Shown here one piece after another: positions 50,852 to 59,457 of a DNA stretch of 64,000 nucleotides. Under the pieces are notes generated by a model. That model searched no databases. It had not been told where the DNA came from and saw only the letters and a list, made by a program, of their open reading frames with translations. Source of the DNA: a bacterium (GTDB lineage Bacteria > Krumholzibacteriota > Krumholzibacteriia > LZORAL124-64-63). Position 1 is the first letter of the stretch. The number at the start of each line of letters is the position of its first letter. The position numbers were made by a program, and so were the translations under genes. Location: NCBI GenBank assembly GCA_016712675.1, contig JADJQR010000001.1, positions 2,063,737 through 2,127,736 on the forward strand, read 5' to 3'.

Positions 50852-51989
50852 CAGGCGGCAGCCTTGCCGCATCCTCCTGGTCGCACCGAACTGGCTGGGC
50901 GACCTGGTCATGACCCTTCCGGCGCTGGATTGGCTGGCCGCAGCGCGACGGGCGCCCGGCGCGCCTGAGTTCTCCCTGACGGTTGCCGTACGTGCCGTCT
51001 GGGCGCCCCTGCTGACTGGTGACCGGCGCCTGGACAGCCTCCTGGTGACGGAAAGACCGGGACGGCACGGGGGTGTGGCCGGTGCGGTCCGCCAGGCCGC
51101 GCAATGGCGATCCGGTCGTTTTGACGCCGTCCTCCTGGGACCGCCTTCACTGCGCGCGGCGGCCGTGGCTGCTGCCGCCGCGATCCCGCTGCGAATCGGC
51201 CACCGGGGCGACCTGCGCTCTCCGCTGCTGACATGGGCGCTGCCGCGCGAACCTCGCGGCCGGCGCCATTTCAGCCAGGAAATGGTCGACCTGGTCAGGG
51301 CGCTGGCCGCCGCGCGCGGCTGGTCGGACGCGGTCGTGGCGACGGCGGAGTCGGCCGAACCCGGACATCTGACCGGAGCGATCGCGACCAGGCGCTTGCC
51401 GGACGACGCGCGCCCGCTGTGGTCGCTCGGGGCGGGGGCGACCTTCGGTCCCGCCAAAACCTGGCCGCCGGCGCGTGCGGCCGAATTCGTCCGGGCAGTC
51501 GTCGCCGCCGGCGGACGCGTGCTCGTGCTGGGCGACGACTCGGCTGCCCCTTTGGTGGCGGCTCTCAAGACGGAAACGGCCGGCCTGTCTTGGGGGCGAG
51601 GCGAGGCGTCGGTGGCCGCGGAACCCGAGGCCGATGTCATCGATCTGGCCGGCGTGACCGACCTGGCCGGCGTGACCGGCTGGCTGCGATCGAGCGTGGC
51701 GTTCGTGGGCAACGATAGCGGCCTGATGCATCTGGCGGCTGCGCTCGGCGTGCCGACAGTCGGGTTGTTCGGATCTTCGAACCCCGACTGGACGCGTCCG
51801 CTCGGTCCGCGAGCGGTCGCGCTGGCTGCGGACGGTTTCGCGTGCCGGCCTTGCTACCGCCGCACGTGCAACCAGCGTGCGTTCTGCCTCGACACGCTCG
51901 ACGGTGGCCGCGTCCACGAGGCGGCGCGTGCCCTCCTGTCCGCCAGGGAACGTACCGCCGTGGCCCCGTGGAAGGGGACCAGCCCATGA
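50835..51989 (+). CDS. waaF: glycosyltransferase family 9, heptosyltransferase II-like
   Basis: ILLVAPNWLGDLVMTLPAL...GNDSGLMHLAAALGVPTVGLFGSSNP; contains an in-frame 18-bp tandem duplication (DLAGVTDLAGVT). Confidence 0.7.
   Translation: MKPFRSRRQPCRILLVAPNWLGDLVMTLPALDWLAAARRAPGAPEFSLTVAVRAVWAPLLTGDRRLDSLLVTERPGRHGGVAGAVRQAAQWRSGRFDAVLLGPPSLRAAAVAAAAAIPLRIGHRGDLRSPLLTWALPREPRGRRHFSQEMVDLVRALAAARGWSDAVVATAESAEPGHLTGAIATRRLPDDARPLWSLGAGATFGPAKTWPPARAAEFVRAVVAAGGRVLVLGDDSAAPLVAALKTETAGLSWGRGEASVAAEPEADVIDLAGVTDLAGVTGWLRSSVAFVGNDSGLMHLAAALGVPTVGLFGSSNPDWTRPLGPRAVALAADGFACRPCYRRTCNQRAFCLDTLDGGRVHEAARALLSARERTAVAPWKGTSP
51643..51678 (+). repeat. 18-bp in-frame tandem duplication (17/18 identical) inside the waaF-like gene
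   Basis: atctggccggcgtgaccg / acctggccggcgtgaccg. Confidence 0.8.
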
Positions 51990-52597
51990 TCTGGCGTGCA
52001 CCGCCCGGCCCGGTGCCCCGCGATGGGCCGATCCTGTTCATCGACCGTGACGGCGTGCTCATCGTCGACAGGGACTACTTGGCGGATCCCGCCGGCGTCG
52101 AGTTGATTCCTGGCGTGCCGGCAGCGCTACGCGCGGCGGCTGCCGCCGGCTATGCCCTGGTCGGGATCTCCAACCAGAGCGGCGTGGGGCGTGGCCGATT
52201 CGGCCAAGCCGAACTGACAGCCGTGATGGAGCGGGTGGACGAGGCACTGGCGGAAGCCGGCGCCGGCCTCGACGCGATGTATTACTGCCCGCACGCCCCG
52301 CAGGACGATTGCCGTTGCCGCAAGCCGGGGCCGGGCCTGATCGAAGAGGCGTCCGCCTCGTTCCGCTGGGACGTGGGCCGTGCGTGGGTGATCGGCGACA
52401 AGGCCAGCGATGTCGAACTCGGTCGCCGGCTGGGTCTCGGCGCCGTGCTGGTGGCGACCGGCTACGGCGCCGGCGAGCGAGCCCTGGTTGCGGCCGCGCG
52501 TCCGGGCGACGAGCGCGTGCGGTTCGCCGCGGACCTGTCGGCCGCCGTTGAGGTCATCCTCTCCCTTGCGCCGGACGCTGGCGGGGGGACGCCATGA
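51986..52597 (+). CDS. gmhB: D,D-heptose 1,7-bisphosphate phosphatase (HAD-IIIA)
   Basis: LFIDRDGVL...CPHAPQDDCRCRKPGPGL (the Zn-binding CxH...CxC of GmhB); ATGA overlap with the waaF stop. Confidence 0.8.
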   Translation: MIWRAPPGPVPRDGPILFIDRDGVLIVDRDYLADPAGVELIPGVPAALRAAAAAGYALVGISNQSGVGRGRFGQAELTAVMERVDEALAEAGAGLDAMYYCPHAPQDDCRCRKPGPGLIEEASASFRWDVGRAWVIGDKASDVELGRRLGLGAVLVATGYGAGERALVAAARPGDERVRFAADLSAAVEVILSLAPDAGGGTP

Positions 52598-53709
52598 GTT
52601 GGTTCCTGGCGGAACGGCGCCTCTCACGCGTGCTGGTCACGCGCTTGCGCTACCTCGGGGACATCGTCATGGCCACGGCGGTCATCGAAGCCCTGAGGCA
52701 TGGCGATGCCGGGCTGGAAATCGGGTTCCTCTGCGAGCAGACACATGCCGCGGTCCTGACAGGGCACCCGGATCTCGCGCGCATCCACGAACTCGACGCC
52801 CGGCGTCGTGGAAGCGATGCCCGAGCGCGCGTGGGCAGTCGATTGGGTATGGGAGCCGGCACGCTGGCGATGGTGCGCGAGTTGCGTGACACCAGGTACG
52901 ACGCGGCGGTCGATCTCTTCTTCAACCCGCGCAGCGCCTGGTTGCTGTGGATGGCGGGTATTCCGGCGCGACTGGCCGGGCCGGCAGGTGGTCGGCGTCA
53001 CCTCTTCACACACGGCAGCGCGCCGGGCACCGCGGCGTGGCCGGTGGACCTTGCTGAGGTGGCGCCGGGGGGCCTTGGCGAACACCTGTCGCGGCTGGCA
53101 CCGCTGGTCCACGGCGAATCCGGGTTGTCCTTCGCCTCCTGGTTCCGGCGCGAGGGCCTCAGGGCCACCACGCGCTTGGCGCCGCGCGCCGGTGGCCGTA
53201 CCGGCGAACCACCACCGGTGCTCCTGGCGCCGGGTGCTACGTGGGCCACGAAGCGCTGGCCGGTGAGCCATTGGCGCGAACTGGCGGCCACGCTGGCGGC
53301 GGGGCAGGAGCGGCCCGTGCGCGTGCTGCCGCCGCCGGGTGGGTCCGCCCTCGCCGCCGCCATCGCCGACGTGCAGAGTGCGGGCGATGTGAAGGCCCTG
53401 CCGGAATCGTCGCTGACCGAGGTCCTGGACCATTTGGCGGGCGCGGCAGGCCTGGTCGCCGTGGACGGCGGCATCATGCACGCAGCGGTGGCGTTGGGCG
53501 TGCCGACGCTGGCGCTGTTCGGACCGACCGACCCCGGGCTCTGGTTTCCCTACGAGGGTTCCGGGCCGTTCCGCGTGCTGGCGACCAGACCGGCATGCCA
53601 CCCCTGCCACCTGCACGAATGCCCGGCGTTCGTCTGTCTGCCCGAACTGCAGCCCGCAACCGTGGCCGACGCTGCGCAGGCATTGTTCCGTGGCGAAGGC
53701 GAGCGATGA
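52594..53709 (+). CDS. glycosyltransferase family 9 (heptosyltransferase-like)
   Basis: VLVTRLRYLGDIVMATAVIEAL...VDGGIMHAAVALGVPTLALFGPTDP. Confidence 0.7.
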   Translation: MSWFLAERRLSRVLVTRLRYLGDIVMATAVIEALRHGDAGLEIGFLCEQTHAAVLTGHPDLARIHELDARRRGSDARARVGSRLGMGAGTLAMVRELRDTRYDAAVDLFFNPRSAWLLWMAGIPARLAGPAGGRRHLFTHGSAPGTAAWPVDLAEVAPGGLGEHLSRLAPLVHGESGLSFASWFRREGLRATTRLAPRAGGRTGEPPPVLLAPGATWATKRWPVSHWRELAATLAAGQERPVRVLPPPGGSALAAAIADVQSAGDVKALPESSLTEVLDHLAGAAGLVAVDGGIMHAAVALGVPTLALFGPTDPGLWFPYEGSGPFRVLATRPACHPCHLHECPAFVCLPELQPATVADAAQALFRGEGER

Positions 53710-54776
53710 TGGGGCAGGCGCGCAGCGATTTCCGACGTATCCTCCTGATCCGCCGCAAGGCGCTGGGAGACGCGTTGGTCAGCCTGCCGGCCGTGGCCGC
53801 GATCGCCGAGGCGTGGCCCAAGGCCGCGATCGACCTGGTCATCGACCGGCCGTTGGCAGGCCTCCTGGGCGCCCTGGCGCCGGGAGTGCACGTGATCTCG
53901 TACCCGGACGGAGCGGAAGGCCCCTGGCTTCGTTGGCTGCGCGCGCGGCGCTACGAGCTGGTGGTCGACTGGTTGGGCAGCCCCCGCACCGCGGTGTGGA
54001 CTGCACTCTCGGGTGCGCGCCTGCGCGTCGGCTATGACTTGCCCGGACGGCGTTGGGCCTACAATCTGCGCGTGCCGCGCCATCGGTCGCGTGATCATGG
54101 AGTACGCTGTTTCGCGGGCGAAGCGTTCCTTGATCCCGTGCGCGCGCTGGGCCTGGATCCGTCGCCGTGGCGACAGGGACCGGCCGCGAACGCGGTCCCC
54201 GCGCCGCCCGCCGGGGGCCCGTTCGGGCCCTGGCTGGAGGACTGGCTGGCGACCGGCTCCGGTCCGCGCGTCGTGCTCGTGATGAGCGCCACCTGGCCGG
54301 CGAAGGCCTGGCCAGCCCGGCACGTGGCCGCCCTGTGGCTGAGTCTGACGGCGGCCGGAGCCAGGGTGGTGTTGGCCCCCGGCCCGGGTGACGAGGAACT
54401 GGTCGCGGCCGTGCGGAGGGAACTGCCGCCGTCGGCGGTGGCGCCGCCGTCCTCGCTCGCGGAGATGGCGACGCTGCTGCGGGCCAGCGACCTGATGGTC
54501 GGCACGGACAACGGCCTGCGCCACCTGGCGGTGCTGCTGGGGTTGCCGACCGTGACTGTCTTCGGCCCCACCGACCCACATGGGTGGAACCCGCCCGGTG
54601 CGCGCCACGTTAGCGTGTCACGGGGCGAGCCCTGCTCGCCCTGCGACCTGAAGGCGTGTCCCGTGCCGGGGCACCCCTGCCTGGAATCGCTCCCGGCCGA
54701 GGCGGTGGCTGCGGCGGTGCTTCCGCTGATAGGCCTGGCCGGTCGCCGGGAAGACGGGAAGGTGCCTGCGTGCTGA
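53706..54776 (+). CDS. glycosyltransferase family 9 (heptosyltransferase-like)
   Basis: ILLIRRKALGDALVSLPAV...GTDNGLRHLAVLLGLPTVTVFGPTDP; ATGA overlap. Confidence 0.7.
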   Translation: MMGQARSDFRRILLIRRKALGDALVSLPAVAAIAEAWPKAAIDLVIDRPLAGLLGALAPGVHVISYPDGAEGPWLRWLRARRYELVVDWLGSPRTAVWTALSGARLRVGYDLPGRRWAYNLRVPRHRSRDHGVRCFAGEAFLDPVRALGLDPSPWRQGPAANAVPAPPAGGPFGPWLEDWLATGSGPRVVLVMSATWPAKAWPARHVAALWLSLTAAGARVVLAPGPGDEELVAAVRRELPPSAVAPPSSLAEMATLLRASDLMVGTDNGLRHLAVLLGLPTVTVFGPTDPHGWNPPGARHVSVSRGEPCSPCDLKACPVPGHPCLESLPAEAVAAAVLPLIGLAGRREDGKVPAC

Positions 54777-55654
54777 GAAGCCACGAATCGACAGGTGGAC
54801 CTGGCCGCGGCAGCGCGGTGACCGCGGCGCTGGTGGTGGCCGGGTGGATCGCCCTGGTCGCGCCCGTGTGCACGGGCTCGGCCGGCGGGGCCAGGGCGGA
54901 CACCCTGCCGGCAGCGGCACCGGTTGACGCCGCGCCGCCGACGGTCGAGACTGCCGAAAGGACGGTGGCCGCACGGTGTGTCTACGGTCCCGGCGAGCGG
55001 CTCGTGTTCGAGATCAGCTATGGACCCGTCAATGCAGGCGAAGGTACGCTGGAGGTCGTGGGGACCGTCGAACACGGCGGGCGCACGTGCTATCATGTGG
55101 AGAGCACCGCGAACAGCAACCGGTTCTTCTCGTCGATCTACAAGGTGCGCGACAAGATCGTCACTTACATCGACAGTACCGACTTCAGCAGCGCCTATTT
55201 CTACAAGCGACTGCGAGAAGGCGACTACAAGAAGACGGTGGAGATCTCGTTCGATCGGGAACTGGGGGTTGCCAAGTACGGCGATGGCCATGTCATGCCG
55301 GTTCCGGTCGGGGTGCAGGACGAGTTGTCGGCCTTCTACTTCGTGCGCAACCTCGATCTGGAGGTTGGGCGCGACCTGGTCCTGCCGGCGCACACCTCGC
55401 GGCGGAACTACGAGATGAAGGTCGTCGTTCATCGTCGGGAGACGGTCTCGGTTCCGGCCGGACGGTTCGATTGCTTCGTCGTCGAGCCTGTCCTGGAGGG
55501 CGAGGGGCTGTTCAAGCACGAGGGGAGAATCACGTTGTACATCAGCGCCGACGACCGCCGCGTGCCCGTGCTGATGAAGACGAAGGTGCCGGTCGGGACG
55601 ATCGACGTGGCTCTGAAGGAGTACCGGGCCGGCCTGCCGCCGGCCGAACGCTGA
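54770..55654 (+). CDS. DUF3108-like secreted protein
   Basis: Signal-like N-terminus, then the ERLVFEISYGPVNAGEGTLEV...YHVESTANS pattern. Confidence 0.55.
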   Translation: MLRSHESTGGPGRGSAVTAALVVAGWIALVAPVCTGSAGGARADTLPAAAPVDAAPPTVETAERTVAARCVYGPGERLVFEISYGPVNAGEGTLEVVGTVEHGGRTCYHVESTANSNRFFSSIYKVRDKIVTYIDSTDFSSAYFYKRLREGDYKKTVEISFDRELGVAKYGDGHVMPVPVGVQDELSAFYFVRNLDLEVGRDLVLPAHTSRRNYEMKVVVHRRETVSVPAGRFDCFVVEPVLEGEGLFKHEGRITLYISADDRRVPVLMKTKVPVGTIDVALKEYRAGLPPAER

Positions 55655-55698
55655 ACCCTGGCGACCGCCCGCAGGTGGTCCCTTCCCGAGGCGGATGC

Positions 55699-57288
55699 AT
55701 GACCCCTGATCATCGCCGCTCGCCGTTCGTGCCACCGGCCGACTGGCTGGCCGACGTCGATGCCCCGCACGTGGGCGCCCCCGGCGCCGGCTTCCTGTTC
55801 CTGATGACCCTGCTGGCTGCCGTGCCACGACTGCTGGGGGTGCAGGCCCAGTCCCTGTGGGTGGACGAGATCATGACCTGGCAGTCGGTCCGTCCCGGCG
55901 CGGGACTCGAGTTCCTGGAACAGATCCACGACACGATCCAGGGTCCTCTCTACACCGCGGTCGCCTGGTTGCTGGTCCGGCTGGGTGATCCCGAACTGAT
56001 GCTGCGCCTGCCGATGGCCGTGGCGGGCGTCCTGACGGTGCCGTTGTTCGGGCTGCTGGCTGGGAGGCTCGTGGACGGGCGGTCGGCGCGCCTGGCGGTG
56101 CTGCTGCTGGCAATCAACCCGTTCCACGTCTGGTACAGCCAGGAGGGACGCGGCTATGCGTTCCTGATGCTGTTCGCTGTCGTTGCGGCGCTGGCCTACC
56201 TCGACCTGGCAGCGGGGCGGCTGCGTCGTCGTCACATCACGCTCTTCATCGCGTCGGTCTCCGCCTGCGTGCTGAGCAACCTGTCCGGCCTGTTCCTCTG
56301 GGGGGCCATGGCCCTGTCGATGGCGTTCGTCGACCGGCCGCGACAGGGGCGCGACCGCGTGCTTGTCACGCTGGCCTTCGGATGCGTGCTGCTTGTCGCC
56401 ATGCCCTGGCTGCTGCAGGCCGCGGGGATCTGGGCCGTGGACCGCATCGTGCCGGGCATGGCCACGGGTGACGCCTTGCGGGGCGAGACGACGTTCGCGC
56501 CGGCCGCGCTGCCGTACACGCTGCTGTCGTTCCTGTACGGATACAGTCTGGGCCCTTCACTCGCGGAACTCCACCGGCCGGACCGACTGGACCTGGTGCG
56601 CGCCGCCCTGCCGTTGCTGTCGGTCGCAGGGCTCGCGGCGGTCGTGGCGCTGGCTTTCGGGCTGGGGCGACGTCCCGATCGGTCGCGGGCGCGGCTGCTG
56701 ATCTGGATCCTGGTACCGACGCTGATCCTGTTGGCGCTGGCTCTCCGCAACGTGAAACCCTGGAATCCGCGCTACGTGTCGGTGGTGCTGCCGTTCGTGC
56801 TCCTGCTGGTGGCCCGCGGGCTGGTCAGTCTGCCGCGAGCAGCCGGCGCGATCACGGCGACGGTGCTGCTGGGGTTGACGGTGTGGTCGCTTGGCGCAGG
56901 CCGCTCCGATCCCCGCTATGCACGGGAGGATGTGCGCGAAGCCGTTCGCGTCGTGGCGGCTGCGGCCGCGCCCGGTGATCCGGTGCTGGTACCGGTGGTC
57001 ACGGGCGTCTACGAGTACTACGACCGGGGCCGCCGGCCTCTCATCCACACCTACGGCCGTGCCCGACTGGCCGGCGCCGCCGAAGCGGATGCATTCTGCG
57101 CCGAGGCCCTGGCCGGCAGGGACCGCTGCTGGGTCGTGCTCGCGCGTGAATGGGATTTCGATCCCGGCGCGCAACTGACCGCCGCCCTGGGCCGGTCCGG
57201 ATCGCTGAGGCTCGTGGCCCAGCCGGCCGGGACGAGGATCTTCGCCTGGGAACGCGGTCCCGCCGCCGGGGTCATTCATGGCCGCTGA
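55699..57288 (+). CDS. GT39/GT83-type (ArnT/PMT-like) polyprenyl-phosphate-sugar-dependent membrane glycosyltransferase
   Basis: Multi-TM protein with SLWVDEIMTW and PFHVWYSQEGRGYAF motifs. Confidence 0.65.
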   Translation: MTPDHRRSPFVPPADWLADVDAPHVGAPGAGFLFLMTLLAAVPRLLGVQAQSLWVDEIMTWQSVRPGAGLEFLEQIHDTIQGPLYTAVAWLLVRLGDPELMLRLPMAVAGVLTVPLFGLLAGRLVDGRSARLAVLLLAINPFHVWYSQEGRGYAFLMLFAVVAALAYLDLAAGRLRRRHITLFIASVSACVLSNLSGLFLWGAMALSMAFVDRPRQGRDRVLVTLAFGCVLLVAMPWLLQAAGIWAVDRIVPGMATGDALRGETTFAPAALPYTLLSFLYGYSLGPSLAELHRPDRLDLVRAALPLLSVAGLAAVVALAFGLGRRPDRSRARLLIWILVPTLILLALALRNVKPWNPRYVSVVLPFVLLLVARGLVSLPRAAGAITATVLLGLTVWSLGAGRSDPRYAREDVREAVRVVAAAAAPGDPVLVPVVTGVYEYYDRGRRPLIHTYGRARLAGAAEADAFCAEALAGRDRCWVVLAREWDFDPGAQLTAALGRSGSLRLVAQPAGTRIFAWERGPAAGVIHGR

Positions 57289-57961
57289 GTGGTTCTACGG
57301 GGATCGTGGCGGTTTCGAGGCGTTCGTCGGCCCGGTGTTTCGCGTCGGACGGGGCGATCGTGCGTACCGGGTTCTCAAGCGCGCGTTCGATATCGCCGCG
57401 GCCGCCGGTGGCCTGTGTCTGCTGCTGCCCCTGCTGCCGTTCATCGTCGCGCTGATCAAGCTCGAGACCTCGGGCCCGGTGCTGTTCCGGCAGCGGCGGG
57501 TTGGGCATTGCGGTCAGCTGTTCGATTGCTACAAGTTCCGTTCGATGGCCGCGGACGCGGAAACGCTCAAGGACGACCTGCGGCACCTCAACGAGGCTAC
57601 CGGTGCGGCGTTCAAGATCAAGGACGACCCACGCATCACGGGTGTCGGGCGCTTCCTGCGCCGCAGCAGCCTCGACGAGTTTCCGCAGCTGCTCAACGTG
57701 CTGCGCGGCGACATGTCGATCGTCGGACCCCGGCCGCAGATACCGTCCGAAGTCGCCGGCTACAGCCCGCACGATGCCCAGCGGCTGCTGGTCAAGCCTG
57801 GCCTGACCTGCCTATGGCAGGTGTCAGGGCGCAGCCACCTGGACTTCCGGGAGTGGATGGAACTGGACAGGCAGTACGTGGCGGCAGCCTCGCCGGGGCT
57901 CGATCTGAGCATCCTGTTGCGGACCCTTCCGGCGGTCATCCAGCGAAAGGGCGCGTATTGA
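57278..57961 (+). CDS. polyprenyl-phosphate sugar phosphotransferase (Bac_transf, PglC/WbaP C-domain type)
   Basis: VLKRAFDIAAAAGGLCLLLPL...RQRRVGHCGQLFDCYKFRSM...LDEFPQLLNVLRGDMSIVGPRP. Confidence 0.8.
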   Translation: MAAEWFYGDRGGFEAFVGPVFRVGRGDRAYRVLKRAFDIAAAAGGLCLLLPLLPFIVALIKLETSGPVLFRQRRVGHCGQLFDCYKFRSMAADAETLKDDLRHLNEATGAAFKIKDDPRITGVGRFLRRSSLDEFPQLLNVLRGDMSIVGPRPQIPSEVAGYSPHDAQRLLVKPGLTCLWQVSGRSHLDFREWMELDRQYVAAASPGLDLSILLRTLPAVIQRKGAY

Positions 57962-58344
57962 GTCTGCACGGCATCGGCGTCGACATCGTCGACATCGCGC
58001 GGATCCAGAGGCTGCTCGATCGCCACGGCGAGCGCTTCCTGGCGCGCTGCTTCCGGCCGGGCGAACTGGGTTCCGCCGCGGACGGCCGTGATCGCTTCGG
58101 TCTTGCCGCACGCGTGGCCGGGCGTTGGGCCGTCAAGGAGGCGTGCCTCAAGGCGATGGGCGGCGATCTCCGGGGGATCCCCTACGCGGACATCGAGGTC
58201 TCGCGCGAACAGGGCGCCGGACCTTCGGTGACGCTCCACGGGCGTGCCGCGGCCGCCCACGCCGACCGCGGCGGCGGACGCATCTTGGCCAGCCTGAGCC
58301 ATGAACGGCGAGCGGCCGTGGGGATGGTGGTGATCGAAGGTTGA
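57958..58344 (+). CDS. acpS: holo-[acyl-carrier-protein] synthase
   Basis: HGIGVDIVDIARIQRL...AVKEACLKAMG; TTG start, with AAAGGG 7 nt upstream. Confidence 0.75.
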   Translation: MSLHGIGVDIVDIARIQRLLDRHGERFLARCFRPGELGSAADGRDRFGLAARVAGRWAVKEACLKAMGGDLRGIPYADIEVSREQGAGPSVTLHGRAAAAHADRGGGRILASLSHERRAAVGMVVIEG

Positions 58345-58468
58345 GTAGCCGCCGCGCGATCGGCTTGGCCAGGTCCGGCGGTTGTGCTAGATTCTCGCGA
58401 GAAGAGCCGGCCCCGGGTGCTGTCCTGGTCACCGGCATGAGCCGACGGACACGGACGGACGCCACGCG

Positions 58469-59371
58469 ATGGAACTGGACTTCCTGCTCATCGACGTCTT
58501 CACCGACCGCCCCTTCGGGGGCAGTCGGCTCTACCTGTTCCCGGACGGGGGCGACGTCGGCGAGATCCTCATGCAGAAGCTGGCGATGGAGATGGGCGCC
58601 GGCGAGACGGCTTTCATCGTGCCGGCGCGTGCGGGCGGTGCGGCGGCGGGGCTGCGGGTGTTCACCCCCAGCGGCGAGATCCCGTTCGGCGGCCATTCGG
58701 TGCTCGGCGCCACCTTCGCGCTCGTCGAACTCGGACGCTGGTCCGGAGCGGGCGAGCCGTTCATCTGGCAGCTGGAGGCGGGTCGATTCGCGGTGGAACG
58801 GCGCCCGGCGGCGGAACGTCCGCTCTATTTCCTGACCCAGGAACCTCCGGTCTTCATGGGGCAGTACTTCCAGCGGGGCAAGGTGGCGCGGACCCTGGGG
58901 ATTTCCGAGGACGAGATCGCGATCACGGGGTTGCCTTGTGAGGTGATCTCGACGGGCCTGCCCATCCACATCGTTCCGGTGGCATCGCTGGAGGTAATGG
59001 CCGCGATCAATCTGCGGCGCCGCGAAGCCGACGGCATCGCCCGAGATCTCGGTTTCGGGGACCTGTTCGTCTTCACGTGCGAAGTGGAGGACCCTGAATC
59101 GACCGTGCATTGCCGCATGTTCGCGCCCCATTTCGGCATTCCCGAGGATGCCGCGAGCGGGACCGCGACCGGTGCGTTGATCGCGTACATGGTCCGGCAC
59201 CGGCTGGTGAAGTGCGACAGCAAGGTGCGGATCGTCAGCGAGCAGGGCCTGGAGATGGGGCGCCCCAGCCGCATCGTGGCCGAAGCCGACGTGCGCGGCG
59301 GGCAGGCCAGCGATATCCGCGTCGGCGGGTCCTGCGTGCTGGTCGGTCGCGGCCGGCTCGACGTTTCCTGA
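58469..59371 (+). CDS. PhzF-family isomerase
   Basis: FLLIDVFTDRPFGG...GETAFIV...EIPFGGHSVLG...EDAASGTATGAL. Confidence 0.8.
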   Translation: MELDFLLIDVFTDRPFGGSRLYLFPDGGDVGEILMQKLAMEMGAGETAFIVPARAGGAAAGLRVFTPSGEIPFGGHSVLGATFALVELGRWSGAGEPFIWQLEAGRFAVERRPAAERPLYFLTQEPPVFMGQYFQRGKVARTLGISEDEIAITGLPCEVISTGLPIHIVPVASLEVMAAINLRRREADGIARDLGFGDLFVFTCEVEDPESTVHCRMFAPHFGIPEDAASGTATGALIAYMVRHRLVKCDSKVRIVSEQGLEMGRPSRIVAEADVRGGQASDIRVGGSCVLVGRGRLDVS

Positions 59372-59457
59372 ACGCCAGCCCGCTCGCCGGCACGCGGCGG
59401 GCGGCATCACCGTGGGCACGCGGCCGTACACGGTCGCGCGGAAAGAGGAACCGCCGC

